Shown piece by piece: positions 1-9,323 of a stretch of DNA of 64,000 nt. The stretch's first letter is position 1. Each line of letters starts with the position of its first letter. The position numbers and the translations under genes are program-made. Source of the stretch: Patescibacteria group bacterium (GTDB lineage: Archaea; Nanobdellota; Nanobdellia; Pacearchaeales; GW2011-AR1); the NCBI GenBank assembly GCA_019428815.1, contig JAHYJW010000001.1:47119-111118 (forward strand), read 5' to 3'. Under the pieces are notes generated by a model, which was not told where the DNA came from, did not search any database, and was given only the letters and a program-made list of their open reading frames with translations.

Positions 1-290
1 TTTATTTCTTGACTTTTTGAAAGGTTTATTAAACGTACCTTAACATTTGAAACTAATCCTGTTTCTTCAAGAGCTAACTCAACTATCCCAATTGTTTCTT
101 CAGGATTTGTTAAAATTTCTTCAGCTAGTTTATTTGAAAATTCTGTTAATTTTGAGAAATCTAAGTGAATGACCTTTTTCCCTTTTTTGACTTCTTCGCC
201 TAACTCTTTTTTATGAAATTCAAAGAAATTCTTAGCCTCTGTCATTAATTCATCGCTTTTGGGCTTAGTTGTAGGGGCTGTTTTATCCAT
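1..290 (-). CDS. mcm: MCM replicative helicase, N-terminal part (runs off window start)
   Basis: Not in ORF track. Manual translation from ATG at 290: MDKTAPTTKPKSDELMTEAKNFFEFHKKELGEEVKKGKKVIHLDFSKLTEFSNKLAEEILTNPEETIGIVELALEETGLVSNVKVRLINL, matching the MCM N-terminal pattern (lDf..L..f...Lae.il.nPee.i...e.Al...v.vR..nl). Confidence 0.75.
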   Translation of the reverse strand, partial: MDKTAPTTKPKSDELMTEAKNFFEFHKKELGEEVKKGKKVIHLDFSKLTEFSNKLAEEILTNPEETIGIVELALEETGLVSNVKVRLINLSKSQEI

Positions 291-423
291 ATTTATAGGT
301 ATTTTGCCCCTGTTTTTATACTTTGTTATAAAAAAAAAGAAATAAGATAAGAAGGGGTTTTTATATTAACTTAAAAGTGATAGATAAAAAAGATTTATAA
401 ATACACTCTTAATCCTTAAATGT

Positions 424-834
424 ATGAAAGTTAAAAATACATTAACTGGGATTGTACTGGCGGGGGCATTAGCTTTAGGTGTGGGAGGATGTACCGCGAA
501 TCCAGATTATAATTTTGAGGGAAAAATTGGAGAAGAGCAAGTCAAATTCTTTGAAAGAAATGGATGCGATTGCTCTTTTTTTCTTGAAGTATTAAAACCA
601 AATGGAAACAAAATTAAGTATGCTTTTGATGAAAACTCTAATCTTGATTATTTTCAAATTACTGTTGGAGATTCTACCACTAAGTACAGTGCATATTCCC
701 CAAACCCTGTTGTAACTGGAATGGTTAGAAAAGCACAAAAAGAACTTGATTTTTATTTAACAAGAATAATAGACCTTGAAGCAGCTCCTTTGAATGAAAG
801 ATATTGTGATAGTCTGCGGGATTCTCTCGAATAA
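424..834 (+). CDS. Putative lipoprotein, unknown function
   Basis: Basic N-terminus, hydrophobic stretch and lipobox-like GVGG|C; TATA-like TTTATAAA about 25 nt upstream of the ATG. Confidence 0.6.
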   Translation: MKVKNTLTGIVLAGALALGVGGCTANPDYNFEGKIGEEQVKFFERNGCDCSFFLEVLKPNGNKIKYAFDENSNLDYFQITVGDSTTKYSAYSPNPVVTGMVRKAQKELDFYLTRIIDLEAAPLNERYCDSLRDSLE

Positions 835-1065
835 ATTATCTCCTCAAAAATTTTTCTTATAACCTCTATAATCTTTCATTTAATATCATCATCAGCTTTG
901 CATAAGGGCATCTAAATTTTTAGGATAAGAAATTGAATATTTTTGAATATAATGAGAAATTTAAGATAATTTTCTAGAACATACAATATACTTACACTTA
1001 TTTTTTATGGGGGAAATATGATTAAAATTTTATTTTTCTTAACACAAAAAATTAAACTGATTTAC

Positions 1066-1638
1066 TCACTTTTTGTAATCTTTTAGAACAGCTTTCACAT
1101 TCTTTAAAAGTTGTTCCATACTGTATTCTAGTTGCTGTTTATTCTTTGTTCCGGTACAAACAAGCTTTCCGTTACTAAATAAGAGAAATGTTGCATTTGG
1201 TTCTATTAACTTATAAACTAATCCTGGAAATTGTTCAGGTTCGTATTCTGTATTCTCCATTTCTAAAGAGAGGAAATTAAGATTTAATTTCAGATTTATC
1301 ATTCCAGAAGCAACAATATTTTGAACTGTTATTTTGGGTTTGGTTGTTATATTTACATTTATTTTTTTTAATTGTTTTATTACTTCTTGTATAACCTTTT
1401 TTACTTGGACTACGGATTTTGTTCCAGTACAGACTAGATTTCCGGAAGAGAAAACTAAAACTGCAGATTTTGGTTCTTTAATTCTTAAAACAAGTCCGGG
1501 AAATGTTTCAGGATTATATTCTGTATTTGGCTGAGTTCTTGCTAATTTTGTTAAAGGAATTGGCTTTTCTAATGAAGTTGTCGCAACAATATTTTGTATT
1601 TTATAGTTACTAGCCTCATTTGAATTTTGGGTTGTCAT
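1066..1638 (-). CDS. tbp: TATA-box-binding protein
   Basis: Two internal repeats NIVA...YxPExFPGLV...L(V/L)FSxGxLVCTG. Confidence 0.97.
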   Translation of the reverse strand: MTTQNSNEASNYKIQNIVATTSLEKPIPLTKLARTQPNTEYNPETFPGLVLRIKEPKSAVLVFSSGNLVCTGTKSVVQVKKVIQEVIKQLKKINVNITTKPKITVQNIVASGMINLKLNLNFLSLEMENTEYEPEQFPGLVYKLIEPNATFLLFSNGKLVCTGTKNKQQLEYSMEQLLKNVKAVLKDYKK

Positions 1639-1789
1639 TTTTATTAAAAGTATTTTATTTTTTTCAAAACAATAATAATAACAGAAAAAAGTGTTTATAA
1701 AGCTTTATAAAGCCCCTTTAAACCTCTCTTTAGAAAATTATCTCGGAATCTGAGTTTGTTGGATTAATAAAAATTTTAAATTAGAATAT

Positions 1790-2293
1790 TCAACCCATCC
1801 AATTTGAGATACCACTCCCAATTAAGTTGCTTATTATAACTACGATTGCAGTAATAAAAAGATGCTCTCCTATTACCTTTAAAGGATTATCTCCTTTAGA
1901 TACTGCTATTTTATAACTAAGTATGCTTATTAAAGAAAATCCCCAAATTATACTGATTATTAGGGCTAAGTTTAGATTGAAAGATAGAACTGGTATGACA
2001 AAAGTTAAGGCTATCAGTAACTTTGTTATAAAGGAAGAAAAAGTTAATTTCCAAACTTTCTTTTTACTAACACCTTTTTCAGACTCTTTTGAGATGTGAA
2101 TTCCAAGTGAATCAGAAAAAGCATCTGCGAATGCAATAGTTAAAATTCCTCCTAAAACAATCAGTTTGGAATGTGTGCCGTAATAAATTCCTACCATTAA
2201 ACCTAAAGTTGTTATCACCCCGGATGTTAAGCCAAAACTAACTCCAAAGTCTATTTTTTCTTTGATATTTTTCTTCTTGGTTTTTTTATCCAT
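1790..2293 (-). CDS. VIT1/CCC1-family membrane protein (Fe/Mn transporter-like)
   Basis: Five hydrophobic segments; FGLTSGVITTLG and ADAFSDSLGIHISKESE motifs. Confidence 0.7.
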   Translation of the reverse strand: MDKKTKKKNIKEKIDFGVSFGLTSGVITTLGLMVGIYYGTHSKLIVLGGILTIAFADAFSDSLGIHISKESEKGVSKKKVWKLTFSSFITKLLIALTFVIPVLSFNLNLALIISIIWGFSLISILSYKIAVSKGDNPLKVIGEHLFITAIVVIISNLIGSGISNWMG

Positions 2294-4016
2294 ATCTCCA
2301 GTTCCTTTTTTGATTTTGAAAATCTTTTTCTATTTCTTCTAGAGTTGCGACATCTTTAGGTGATCTTTCTGGCCGCAATGAAGTAAATCTTGGAAAACGA
2401 AGAGCAAAACCAGAATTATAATTCGGAGATTTCTGAATTTCTTGATAAGTTACTGAAACTACAACTTTGGGTTTTATTTTTACTTTCTTGTCTTTCTCTT
2501 GTAAAAAATAAGGTTTGAGCTTTTCAGTTAATTCTTCGAAAGATATCCCTATTCCAGTATCTGTTGTAGCCTTTTCTTTTATTCCTGTTCCCATTTTCCC
2601 TATTTCTAAAAATTCTCCTTCTTCATTTTTGCAGGATAAAATAAAACTTGAAAGCCATTCATACCTTTTTCCTTTTCCATATTCTCCTCCAGTGATAACC
2701 AAATCTAAATCTTTTTCTTCTGGCTTAATTTTTAACATATGGCCTACTCTACTCCCAGGTTGGTAATTAGACTCCAAATTCTTGAACATTACTCCCTCTT
2801 GGTTTTCTTTTAAAGCTTTTTTATAAAACTCTTTTGCTTCTTTTTCGTCAGAAGTTAGAATTTGTTTTGCACGAATTATTTGATAAGGTTTATTCTTTAC
2901 AATCTTATCTATAATCTTTGTCCTTTTTTTAAAAGGTTCATCAATTAAAGATTTTCCATCATAATAAAGAACATCAAAAACATTAACCTCTACGGGAAGT
3001 TCTTTTTGTAATCTTTCTATATCATACTTCCTTCTAATTCTTTGACTTATTTCTTGAAATGGGCGGTATTCTTTATTTTTTTTATTAAATCCAACAGCTT
3101 CAGTATCTAAAATAAAAGTGTCACCTTTCACAAAATCTTTTGTATACTCTACAACCTCTGGAAATTGTTTTGTTACGTTTTCTAATTTCCTAGTAAAAAG
3201 TTTTATTTCTTTTCCTTTTTTATGAATTAAAAGTCTAAACCCATCATATTTATACTCAACCATGCAAGGCTTACCTACAGCTTTAAATGCTTCTTCAATA
3301 GTCTTTGCTTTTTGGGCAAGCATTACTTTTATGGGTTTTCCTACCTCTAGTGTTATCTTTTTAAGATTTTTCAAATCCCCTTTTTTTACTGCATCAAATA
3401 CTATTGCGATATCATTTGAATTATCAATTGCACTCTGAATTTCTTTAACAGCTTCTGATTTTTGGTCTAATCCGAAAAAAGAGGCTGCCATTGCGTCTCT
3501 TATTGTATTCTCTTTTATTCCTATTCTTAAATCTGATAAAATAGTTCTGATTAAATACTTAGATTCTAGGGGTGAAGCAGAAGTGAGTAATTCAGTAATC
3601 AATGCAATCTTCTTCGAAACACTGCCTTTACCTTGTAACTCTGGTAATTTTCTTAGATTTTCTAAAACTTTTTTTGTTGTTAAGACACTTTTATTTAAAT
3701 TTAATGTTGACTGTTTTTTCTTTTTGGTTAAAAATTCAGAAACCTCCCCCAAATCTCCAATTTTTTTCCATTCTTGAATAACTACTTTGTTATTTATCCC
3801 AGTTGCTTTTGAAATTGCTTTTATTGCAAGTTGGCTACTTATCCCAATTTTCCTTTCATCGTAATCCGGGTATATTTCCCCTAAAAGCAAATAAATCACT
3901 TCTCTATCTTCCTGATTCAACTCTTTTAAAAAATTAGATAAAATTGAAATTTTTTCAAGTCTTTTTGTTGTATTTGCAGATTTTTCATACATATCTGCGA
4001 GTTTTTGATATTTCAT
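2286..4016 (-). CDS. lig: ATP-dependent DNA ligase
   Basis: Motif I EYKYDGFR, EGVMFK, LKIK, DLVITG, LRFPRF. Confidence 0.97.
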   Translation of the reverse strand: MKYQKLADMYEKSANTTKRLEKISILSNFLKELNQEDREVIYLLLGEIYPDYDERKIGISSQLAIKAISKATGINNKVVIQEWKKIGDLGEVSEFLTKKKKQSTLNLNKSVLTTKKVLENLRKLPELQGKGSVSKKIALITELLTSASPLESKYLIRTILSDLRIGIKENTIRDAMAASFFGLDQKSEAVKEIQSAIDNSNDIAIVFDAVKKGDLKNLKKITLEVGKPIKVMLAQKAKTIEEAFKAVGKPCMVEYKYDGFRLLIHKKGKEIKLFTRKLENVTKQFPEVVEYTKDFVKGDTFILDTEAVGFNKKNKEYRPFQEISQRIRRKYDIERLQKELPVEVNVFDVLYYDGKSLIDEPFKKRTKIIDKIVKNKPYQIIRAKQILTSDEKEAKEFYKKALKENQEGVMFKNLESNYQPGSRVGHMLKIKPEEKDLDLVITGGEYGKGKRYEWLSSFILSCKNEEGEFLEIGKMGTGIKEKATTDTGIGISFEELTEKLKPYFLQEKDKKVKIKPKVVVSVTYQEIQKSPNYNSGFALRFPRFTSLRPERSPKDVATLEEIEKDFQNQKRNWRYG

Positions 4017-4261
4017 TTTTTCTTTTTAAGATTTAATTTAATCATCTCATATATTATCGTTGTTATGAATGCAGATTTGAGAATTATGAATACTCTTTCT
4101 TTAATTAGGATACTATAAAATAAAATTAATATTCCTCCTAATAATAAAAAGGGGTAGATATAGTTCTTTTTTACGATTTTTCCTTCAGATAATAAAAATG
4201 TTCCGATTATAGTTAAAACTAAACCAAATATTGCTGCAATTTCATATGCCATCTTTTTCAA
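4013..4261 (-). CDS. Small membrane protein
   Basis: Three hydrophobic segments; 4-nt overlap with the lig start. Confidence 0.6.
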   Translation of the reverse strand: MKKMAYEIAAIFGLVLTIIGTFLLSEGKIVKKNYIYPFLLLGGILILFYSILIKERVFIILKSAFITTIIYEMIKLNLKKKK

Positions 4262-4293
4262 TAGATTAAAGAATTAGTTATTTTTAAGGTTGT

Positions 4294-4866
4294 TCATTTC
4301 CCTAATCTTCCCCTTGCTCTTAAACTTGGTCTTGTCTTTATTTCCCTAGACTTTTTTCTTAAACCCCGAGATTTTTTTGCCGTACTTGTAAGTCCCCTAA
4401 GAGGTCTTTTTTTGTTCTCTGGTTTGGTAATCCAGGAAATTGTTGAATCATTTTTTATTTCTGGTCTTTTAGGATCTACTAGGATTACTTCATAAAAGTA
4501 ATGTATCCCATCTTTTCCGATCATATAAGAATTTAATACCTCGAGATTAGTATATTTTTTAGCAACTCTTTGTTCAGCAATCCATTTGTAATTCATTCTA
4601 AGATTTTTTCTTGTGTGAAGTCTTTTGCCCCTTCTTCCTTTATTGGGTCTAGGTCTTTTGTGACCGCCCCTTTTTAAGCGAATTCTAACAATTACAAATC
4701 CTACTTTGTCTTTATAACCTAAAGTTCGAGCACGGTCGATTCTTAGAGGTTTATCAACTTTTGTAATTGAATCTCCTTTTCTCCACTGAATCATTCTTTC
4801 TCTAAGAATTTTCTTGTCTGGTTTTTTCCATGCTTCTCTTATGTAGTTGTATAATCCTTTAGTCAT
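4294..4866 (-). CDS. rpl15e: 50S ribosomal protein L15e
   Basis: R(I)DRARTLGYK, LEVLNSY, YYFYEVILVDP-like and RGLTS motifs. Confidence 0.97.
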   Translation of the reverse strand: MTKGLYNYIREAWKKPDKKILRERMIQWRKGDSITKVDKPLRIDRARTLGYKDKVGFVIVRIRLKRGGHKRPRPNKGRRGKRLHTRKNLRMNYKWIAEQRVAKKYTNLEVLNSYMIGKDGIHYFYEVILVDPKRPEIKNDSTISWITKPENKKRPLRGLTSTAKKSRGLRKKSREIKTRPSLRARGRLGK

Positions 4867-4902
4867 ATTTTATTAATTGAGAAATTGGTTTTTAAAACTT
4901 AC

Positions 4903-5313
4903 CTAATTGAGATTTAAGGCTTTTATTTTACTTTCTATTTCTTTTACACGTCCAATTCTTTTTTTTATATTCTTTCCAAAGACATCTTTAATTTTCCAAT
5001 AAACTAATTTCTTTTGGTGTTCTTCTTTAAAAATATTAAAAATTGATATGGGTACGTCTTCTGCAACTACTATAATTGTATCACTCCAATTGATTAGCTT
5101 TTTTGAAATAGAACTTTGTTTTTTAGAGAATTTTATCCCAAATCTTTTTTGTACTTCATTTAAGGTTTTAATTGATTCTTTAGAAAGACTAAAATAGGGG
5201 AATATCCCTGCACTTTTGGCATGATGTTTTTGATTTTTGTATATTTTATTAAATATTGCTTCTCCAGCTTTACTTCTGAAACGATTCCATTTACACACAA
5301 ATAAGATGTTCAT
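4903..5313 (-). CDS. Low-molecular-weight protein-tyrosine phosphatase / ArsC-like protein
   Basis: P-loop ILFVCKWNRFRS, SAG, WKIKD. Start placed at the second Met (5313) because the first ATG overlaps the tRNA-Ile 3' end. Confidence 0.8.
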   Translation of the reverse strand: MNILFVCKWNRFRSKAGEAIFNKIYKNQKHHAKSAGIFPYFSLSKESIKTLNEVQKRFGIKFSKKQSSISKKLINWSDTIIVVAEDVPISIFNIFKEEHQKKLVYWKIKDVFGKNIKKRIGRVKEIESKIKALNLN

Positions 5314-5324
5314 TTTTATAATCA

Positions 5325-5399
5325 TGAGCCTGCACGGATTTGAACCGTGGACCCCTACCTTATCAGAGTAGTGCTCTAACCAGGCTGAGCTACAGGCTC
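5325..5399 (-). tRNA. tRNA-Ile(GAU)
   Basis: Cloverleaf GAGCCTG..CAGGCTC-A; anticodon arm CTACT-CTGATAA-GGTAG; T-loop GGTTCAAATCC; no encoded CCA. Confidence 0.95.
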
Positions 5400-5570
5400 T
5401 TATAAATTCAATTAGAATTAAATCATTTATAAGTTTTCTGCCGATAAGTTTTTTCTAAATTTTTAATCTTGTATTTTTAATTAAAATTTAATGATGCTTT
5501 TTTAAAATTTTTAACGCATAATAGAAAAAGATTTCATAAGAGTTAAATAGCCCCTTTTTTAGAAGTTTAT

Positions 5571-7370
5571 ATGTGTGGTATTTTAGGGTATCTTGGAGAT
5601 GGTGAGACTTTATCAATTTTATTTAACGGATTAAAAAGATTAGAATACAGGGGTTACGATAGCGCAGGGATAGCTGTTTTAAACAAGCAAGACGTTTTTC
5701 TTATTAAAGATAAAGGTACAATCTCTGAAATTTGTAAACCAGAACTTTTTTCCCAAATCAATGGTCATTTGGGTATTGCTCATACAAGATGGGCTACACA
5801 TGGTGAACCAAATAAGGATAATGCTCATCCGCATTTTGATTGTAAGAAAGAGATATTCCTTGTCCATAATGGTATAATTGAGAATTATAACACTTTAAAG
5901 AGATTTTTGGAAAATAAAAACCATAAATTTATTTCTGAAACAGATTCTGAAGTTTTAGTACATTTAATTGAACATTTTTATAATGATAATCTAGAAGTTG
6001 CAGTGTCTAAAGCTTTAGCTCTTGTTGAGGGAACCTTTGGATTAATTGTCATTCACAAAAAAAATAAAGAGATGGTTATTGCTAAACGGGGCTCTCCCCT
6101 AATTATTGGTGTTGGGGAAGGGGATATATTTGTTTCTTCAGATGCCGCGGCATTGATAGAGTACACTAAAAAGGTTATTTATTTGGAAGATAATGACATA
6201 GCAGTAATACAAGAAGGAAACTATTCTATAAAAAATTTATCAGGTCAAGATGTGATAAGAGAGATTCATGAAATAAAATGGGATCTTAATCAAATTGAAA
6301 AAAAAGGTTTTAAACATTTTATGTTAAAGGAGATATTTGAACAGCCTGAATCTTTGTCTAATGTTCTGAGGGGAAGAATAAAGAACGATAAAATAAAACT
6401 AACCATCGATTTAAACCCCTCTTCTTTGTCTCGGATTATAATTACTGCTTGTGGAACCAGCTGGCATTCTGCTTTAATAGGAAAATATCTGATTGAGAAG
6501 ATTGTGGGTATTCCAGTTGAAGTTGATTATGCTTCTGAATTTAGATATAGAGACTCAATTATTAATAAAAATGATTTGGTTATTGTTTTATCCCAATCTG
6601 GAGAAACTGCAGATACTTTAGCAGCTTTAAGAAAGTCAAAATCTCGAGGTGCCCAGACTCTTGGTATTGTAAATGTTGTGGGTTCTACTATCTCTAGAGA
6701 AGTTGATTCTGGTATTTATCTACATGCTGGCCCAGAAATCGGGGTGGCAAGTACTAAAGCATTTACTTCTCAAGTTGTAACCCTTTTGTTAATCTCTTTA
6801 TTCATAAAACAAAATCAGGGTTACAAATTGGATAACATTCTCTTAAATGAAATTTTATCTTTACCTGAAAAAGTAAAAATTATTTTAGATAAACAAGATG
6901 ATATAAAAAAAATCGCTGAAATTTTTAAATCTAAGAACAATTTTCTTTATCTTGGAAGAGGAATAAACTTCCCAGTCGCACTTGAAGGTGCATTAAAACT
7001 AAAAGAGATATCTTATATACATGCTGAAGGTTATCCTGCAGCAGAAATGAAACATGGGCCAATTGCTCTTATAGACAAAGAAATGCCCGTTGTTTTTTTA
7101 GCAACAAATGGAACAGTTTTTGAAAAAATCTTAAGTAACATTGAGGAGGTAAGAGCTAGGGGCGGTAAAATAATTACTGTCACGGATCGAGAAGACGAAA
7201 GCATAAAAAGACTTTCAGATTATGTCCTTTATGTGCCTAAAACAATAGAAGAAATTTCTCCTATAATAAACTCTATCCCTTTACAACTTTTAGCATATCA
7301 CATTGCAGATCTTAAAGGATTAAATGTTGATCGCCCCCGTAATTTAGCAAAGTCTGTTACAGTTGAATGA
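5571..7370 (+). CDS. glmS: Glutamine-fructose-6-phosphate aminotransferase (isomerizing)
   Basis: N-terminal MCGI, HTRWATHG, SQSGETADT, C-terminal PRNLAKSVTVE. Confidence 0.97.
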   Translation: MCGILGYLGDGETLSILFNGLKRLEYRGYDSAGIAVLNKQDVFLIKDKGTISEICKPELFSQINGHLGIAHTRWATHGEPNKDNAHPHFDCKKEIFLVHNGIIENYNTLKRFLENKNHKFISETDSEVLVHLIEHFYNDNLEVAVSKALALVEGTFGLIVIHKKNKEMVIAKRGSPLIIGVGEGDIFVSSDAAALIEYTKKVIYLEDNDIAVIQEGNYSIKNLSGQDVIREIHEIKWDLNQIEKKGFKHFMLKEIFEQPESLSNVLRGRIKNDKIKLTIDLNPSSLSRIIITACGTSWHSALIGKYLIEKIVGIPVEVDYASEFRYRDSIINKNDLVIVLSQSGETADTLAALRKSKSRGAQTLGIVNVVGSTISREVDSGIYLHAGPEIGVASTKAFTSQVVTLLLISLFIKQNQGYKLDNILLNEILSLPEKVKIILDKQDDIKKIAEIFKSKNNFLYLGRGINFPVALEGALKLKEISYIHAEGYPAAEMKHGPIALIDKEMPVVFLATNGTVFEKILSNIEEVRARGGKIITVTDREDESIKRLSDYVLYVPKTIEEISPIINSIPLQLLAYHIADLKGLNVDRPRNLAKSVTVE

Positions 7371-7384
7371 TTACTTCTTTAATT

Positions 7385-8089
7385 TTATTCTGCAATCTCT
7401 AATTCAAGAACAAGTTTTTCTTTTGAAAAATTGTATTCTCTTATGGGTAAGTCTAAACTAATTATCTTGTAAAAAATATGATCTTTTGCTTTGGCTTTTA
7501 TTTCAATGCTATTTTCTAGCTGAACTATAGAGATATCTTTCATCGATTTTACTCCAGGCAATCTTATTTCATAAATAATCTTATCTGAGAGTCTTCTTAT
7601 TGCGGTTTCAGGTTCTTTTTTAGGTAAACCGAGAAACTTTTTGGGGTCTATTTTTGGAAAATTAATCTCTTTGTTTTCTGTAATTTCTTTTATTTGTTTT
7701 TCTTTATCTTTAAATTTGGGTATATTCCCAAAAGAGGTGACCTTTATTTCTGGGGGTTTATTTCCAGAAGAATAAATACTTATTCCAATTCCTCCTTTTT
7801 TTCTTATTCCTTTCTTTTTATCATCCTCAAATTCTAAATCTTTTTCAGAACTAAAATCTCCTAATTTATTTAAACTATTCAAATTTTTAAAAAGAGAATT
7901 AATTAGGGTATTAAACCCCCTCGGAAGCATAAACTCTTCAGAACTAAAGTCATTTCTTCCTAAGAGCCCAAAATCATTCTCATACTCTTTTTGATGCCTT
8001 TCTTTTAAAGAAAAACCACAGTAAGGGCAGAACCTATAATCTCCTTCAATTCTTTCTCCACAATTCTTACACTTTTTCCTTTTGAACAT
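7385..8089 (-). CDS. Zinc-ribbon protein with C-terminal Hsp20/alpha-crystallin-like domain
   Basis: CxxC...CPxCG N-terminus; C-terminal EIRLPGVKS..DISI...IEIKA pattern. Confidence 0.6.
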   Translation of the reverse strand: MFKRKKCKNCGERIEGDYRFCPYCGFSLKERHQKEYENDFGLLGRNDFSSEEFMLPRGFNTLINSLFKNLNSLNKLGDFSSEKDLEFEDDKKKGIRKKGGIGISIYSSGNKPPEIKVTSFGNIPKFKDKEKQIKEITENKEINFPKIDPKKFLGLPKKEPETAIRRLSDKIIYEIRLPGVKSMKDISIVQLENSIEIKAKAKDHIFYKIISLDLPIREYNFSKEKLVLELEIAE

Positions 8090-8240
8090 AATAAAAAATA
8101 TCTTATTTTGTTTAAATAATTTTCTAAGATTTTTGGCTGTAAAATAATAAAATTTTTAGGAAACTTATAGGTTTTTTATTTTTTTGATAAAGTATCTAAT
8201 TACTTAAGAGACTTATCAAAGTACTCTTTAGAAAATACCT

Positions 8241-9116
8241 CTACAGAAAGATTATCCCCATATATTCTAATTTTTTGAATTCTATCTTCATCATTTTTTT
8301 TAGTTCATTAATTTTCATATTATCGTAAATATCCTTAGTATTAGTTTCAGGTCTTATGTCATAAAAAGAAACATACCCCGGGCTAACAACCCCCCATTTT
8401 GAGTTACCTATAATCCCGGTATTCCTATATACATTCAACAAACTTGTAAAATCTGTAAATGAGGGAATAGCAGGGAAATACCACGTTTTTCCGCGAATTT
8501 CTACTAAATCTTCATAAACTTTTACTAAATCAGATAAACTCACCTTAGAGTCTGCACCCTCATAATCCTCCCGGGAAATTTTATCTGTTTGGGTTACTTG
8601 TTTTGGATCAACATTCTTTTTTAAACTCGGATCTGGGTGAGTATGAAATAATAAAAATGGGCCATAAAATTCCTTTAATCTTACAAACCTAGAGTTGACC
8701 AATGAACATGATGAAATTAAAGCATCTGAATCCTTATGTTGAATTATTTTTTCTCCTATCCCTACCTCAACCCATTTGTTTTCTTTAGGAAAAAAAGCGT
8801 AACTTTCTTCTAAGGCACTCGTTTTTGCAATTTCTTGTAAATCACTAATCCCTCCTTTAAATGATCTATATGAAGTAAGGATTTTTGTTTCATCTGTATT
8901 TAGTTCTAATTTACTTGTGATTTGTATACTACTGCTAGGAAATAAACTATAAATTGGATCTTTTGGTTTAGGACTAGAAGAGTTAATTCCTAAGCTTATC
9001 AACGATGTAAAGACTAAGGGGGATAATTTCTTTATTAATCCTGAAGTTTTTTTCATTACTTTGTAGTGATTATTATCCTTATAAACTTTTTTATTTTTTA
9101 AAAATATTTTTGTCAT
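8241..9116 (-). CDS. Hypothetical membrane-anchored/secreted protein with a JAB/MPN-like metal motif
   Basis: Hydrophobic N-terminal segment (likely start MKKTSG at about 9056); EESYAF...FHTHP...PSFTD. Confidence 0.5.
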   Translation of the reverse strand: MTKIFLKNKKVYKDNNHYKVMKKTSGLIKKLSPLVFTSLISLGINSSSPKPKDPIYSLFPSSSIQITSKLELNTDETKILTSYRSFKGGISDLQEIAKTSALEESYAFFPKENKWVEVGIGEKIIQHKDSDALISSCSLVNSRFVRLKEFYGPFLLFHTHPDPSLKKNVDPKQVTQTDKISREDYEGADSKVSLSDLVKVYEDLVEIRGKTWYFPAIPSFTDFTSLLNVYRNTGIIGNSKWGVVSPGYVSFYDIRPETNTKDIYDNMKINELKKMMKIEFKKLEYMGIIFL

Positions 9117-9323
9117 TTTTACCGCTATTAGAAGAATAAATTTTTTAAAGAAATTATTTAAAAATATGAAATAAGAGTCTATTCTGCGATTTCCACTTCT
9201 TGTGCTTCAATTGCTTTGTCTAATGCTTCGAAAAAGTTCTCTCCAATCCCTTCTTTTATAATTTCATACATCCATACACTTGTTAACTCTTTTCCTTCGG
9301 GATACAACTATCGTTCTTGTACA

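Noticed and set aside
835..1065. Possible pseudogene fragment (RCPY-like) between the lipoprotein gene and tbp
   Set aside because: Too short and interrupted to support a call
5400..5570. Possible glmS ribozyme upstream of glmS
   Set aside because: Extremely AT-rich with no recognisable ribozyme core or pairing; looks like divergent promoters only
8090..9323. attR-like copy of the tRNA-Gly 3' end bounding the CRISPR island
   Set aside because: No TGCACCAGCCGGG-like duplicate found by eye and no integrase in the window, so no mobile element was called
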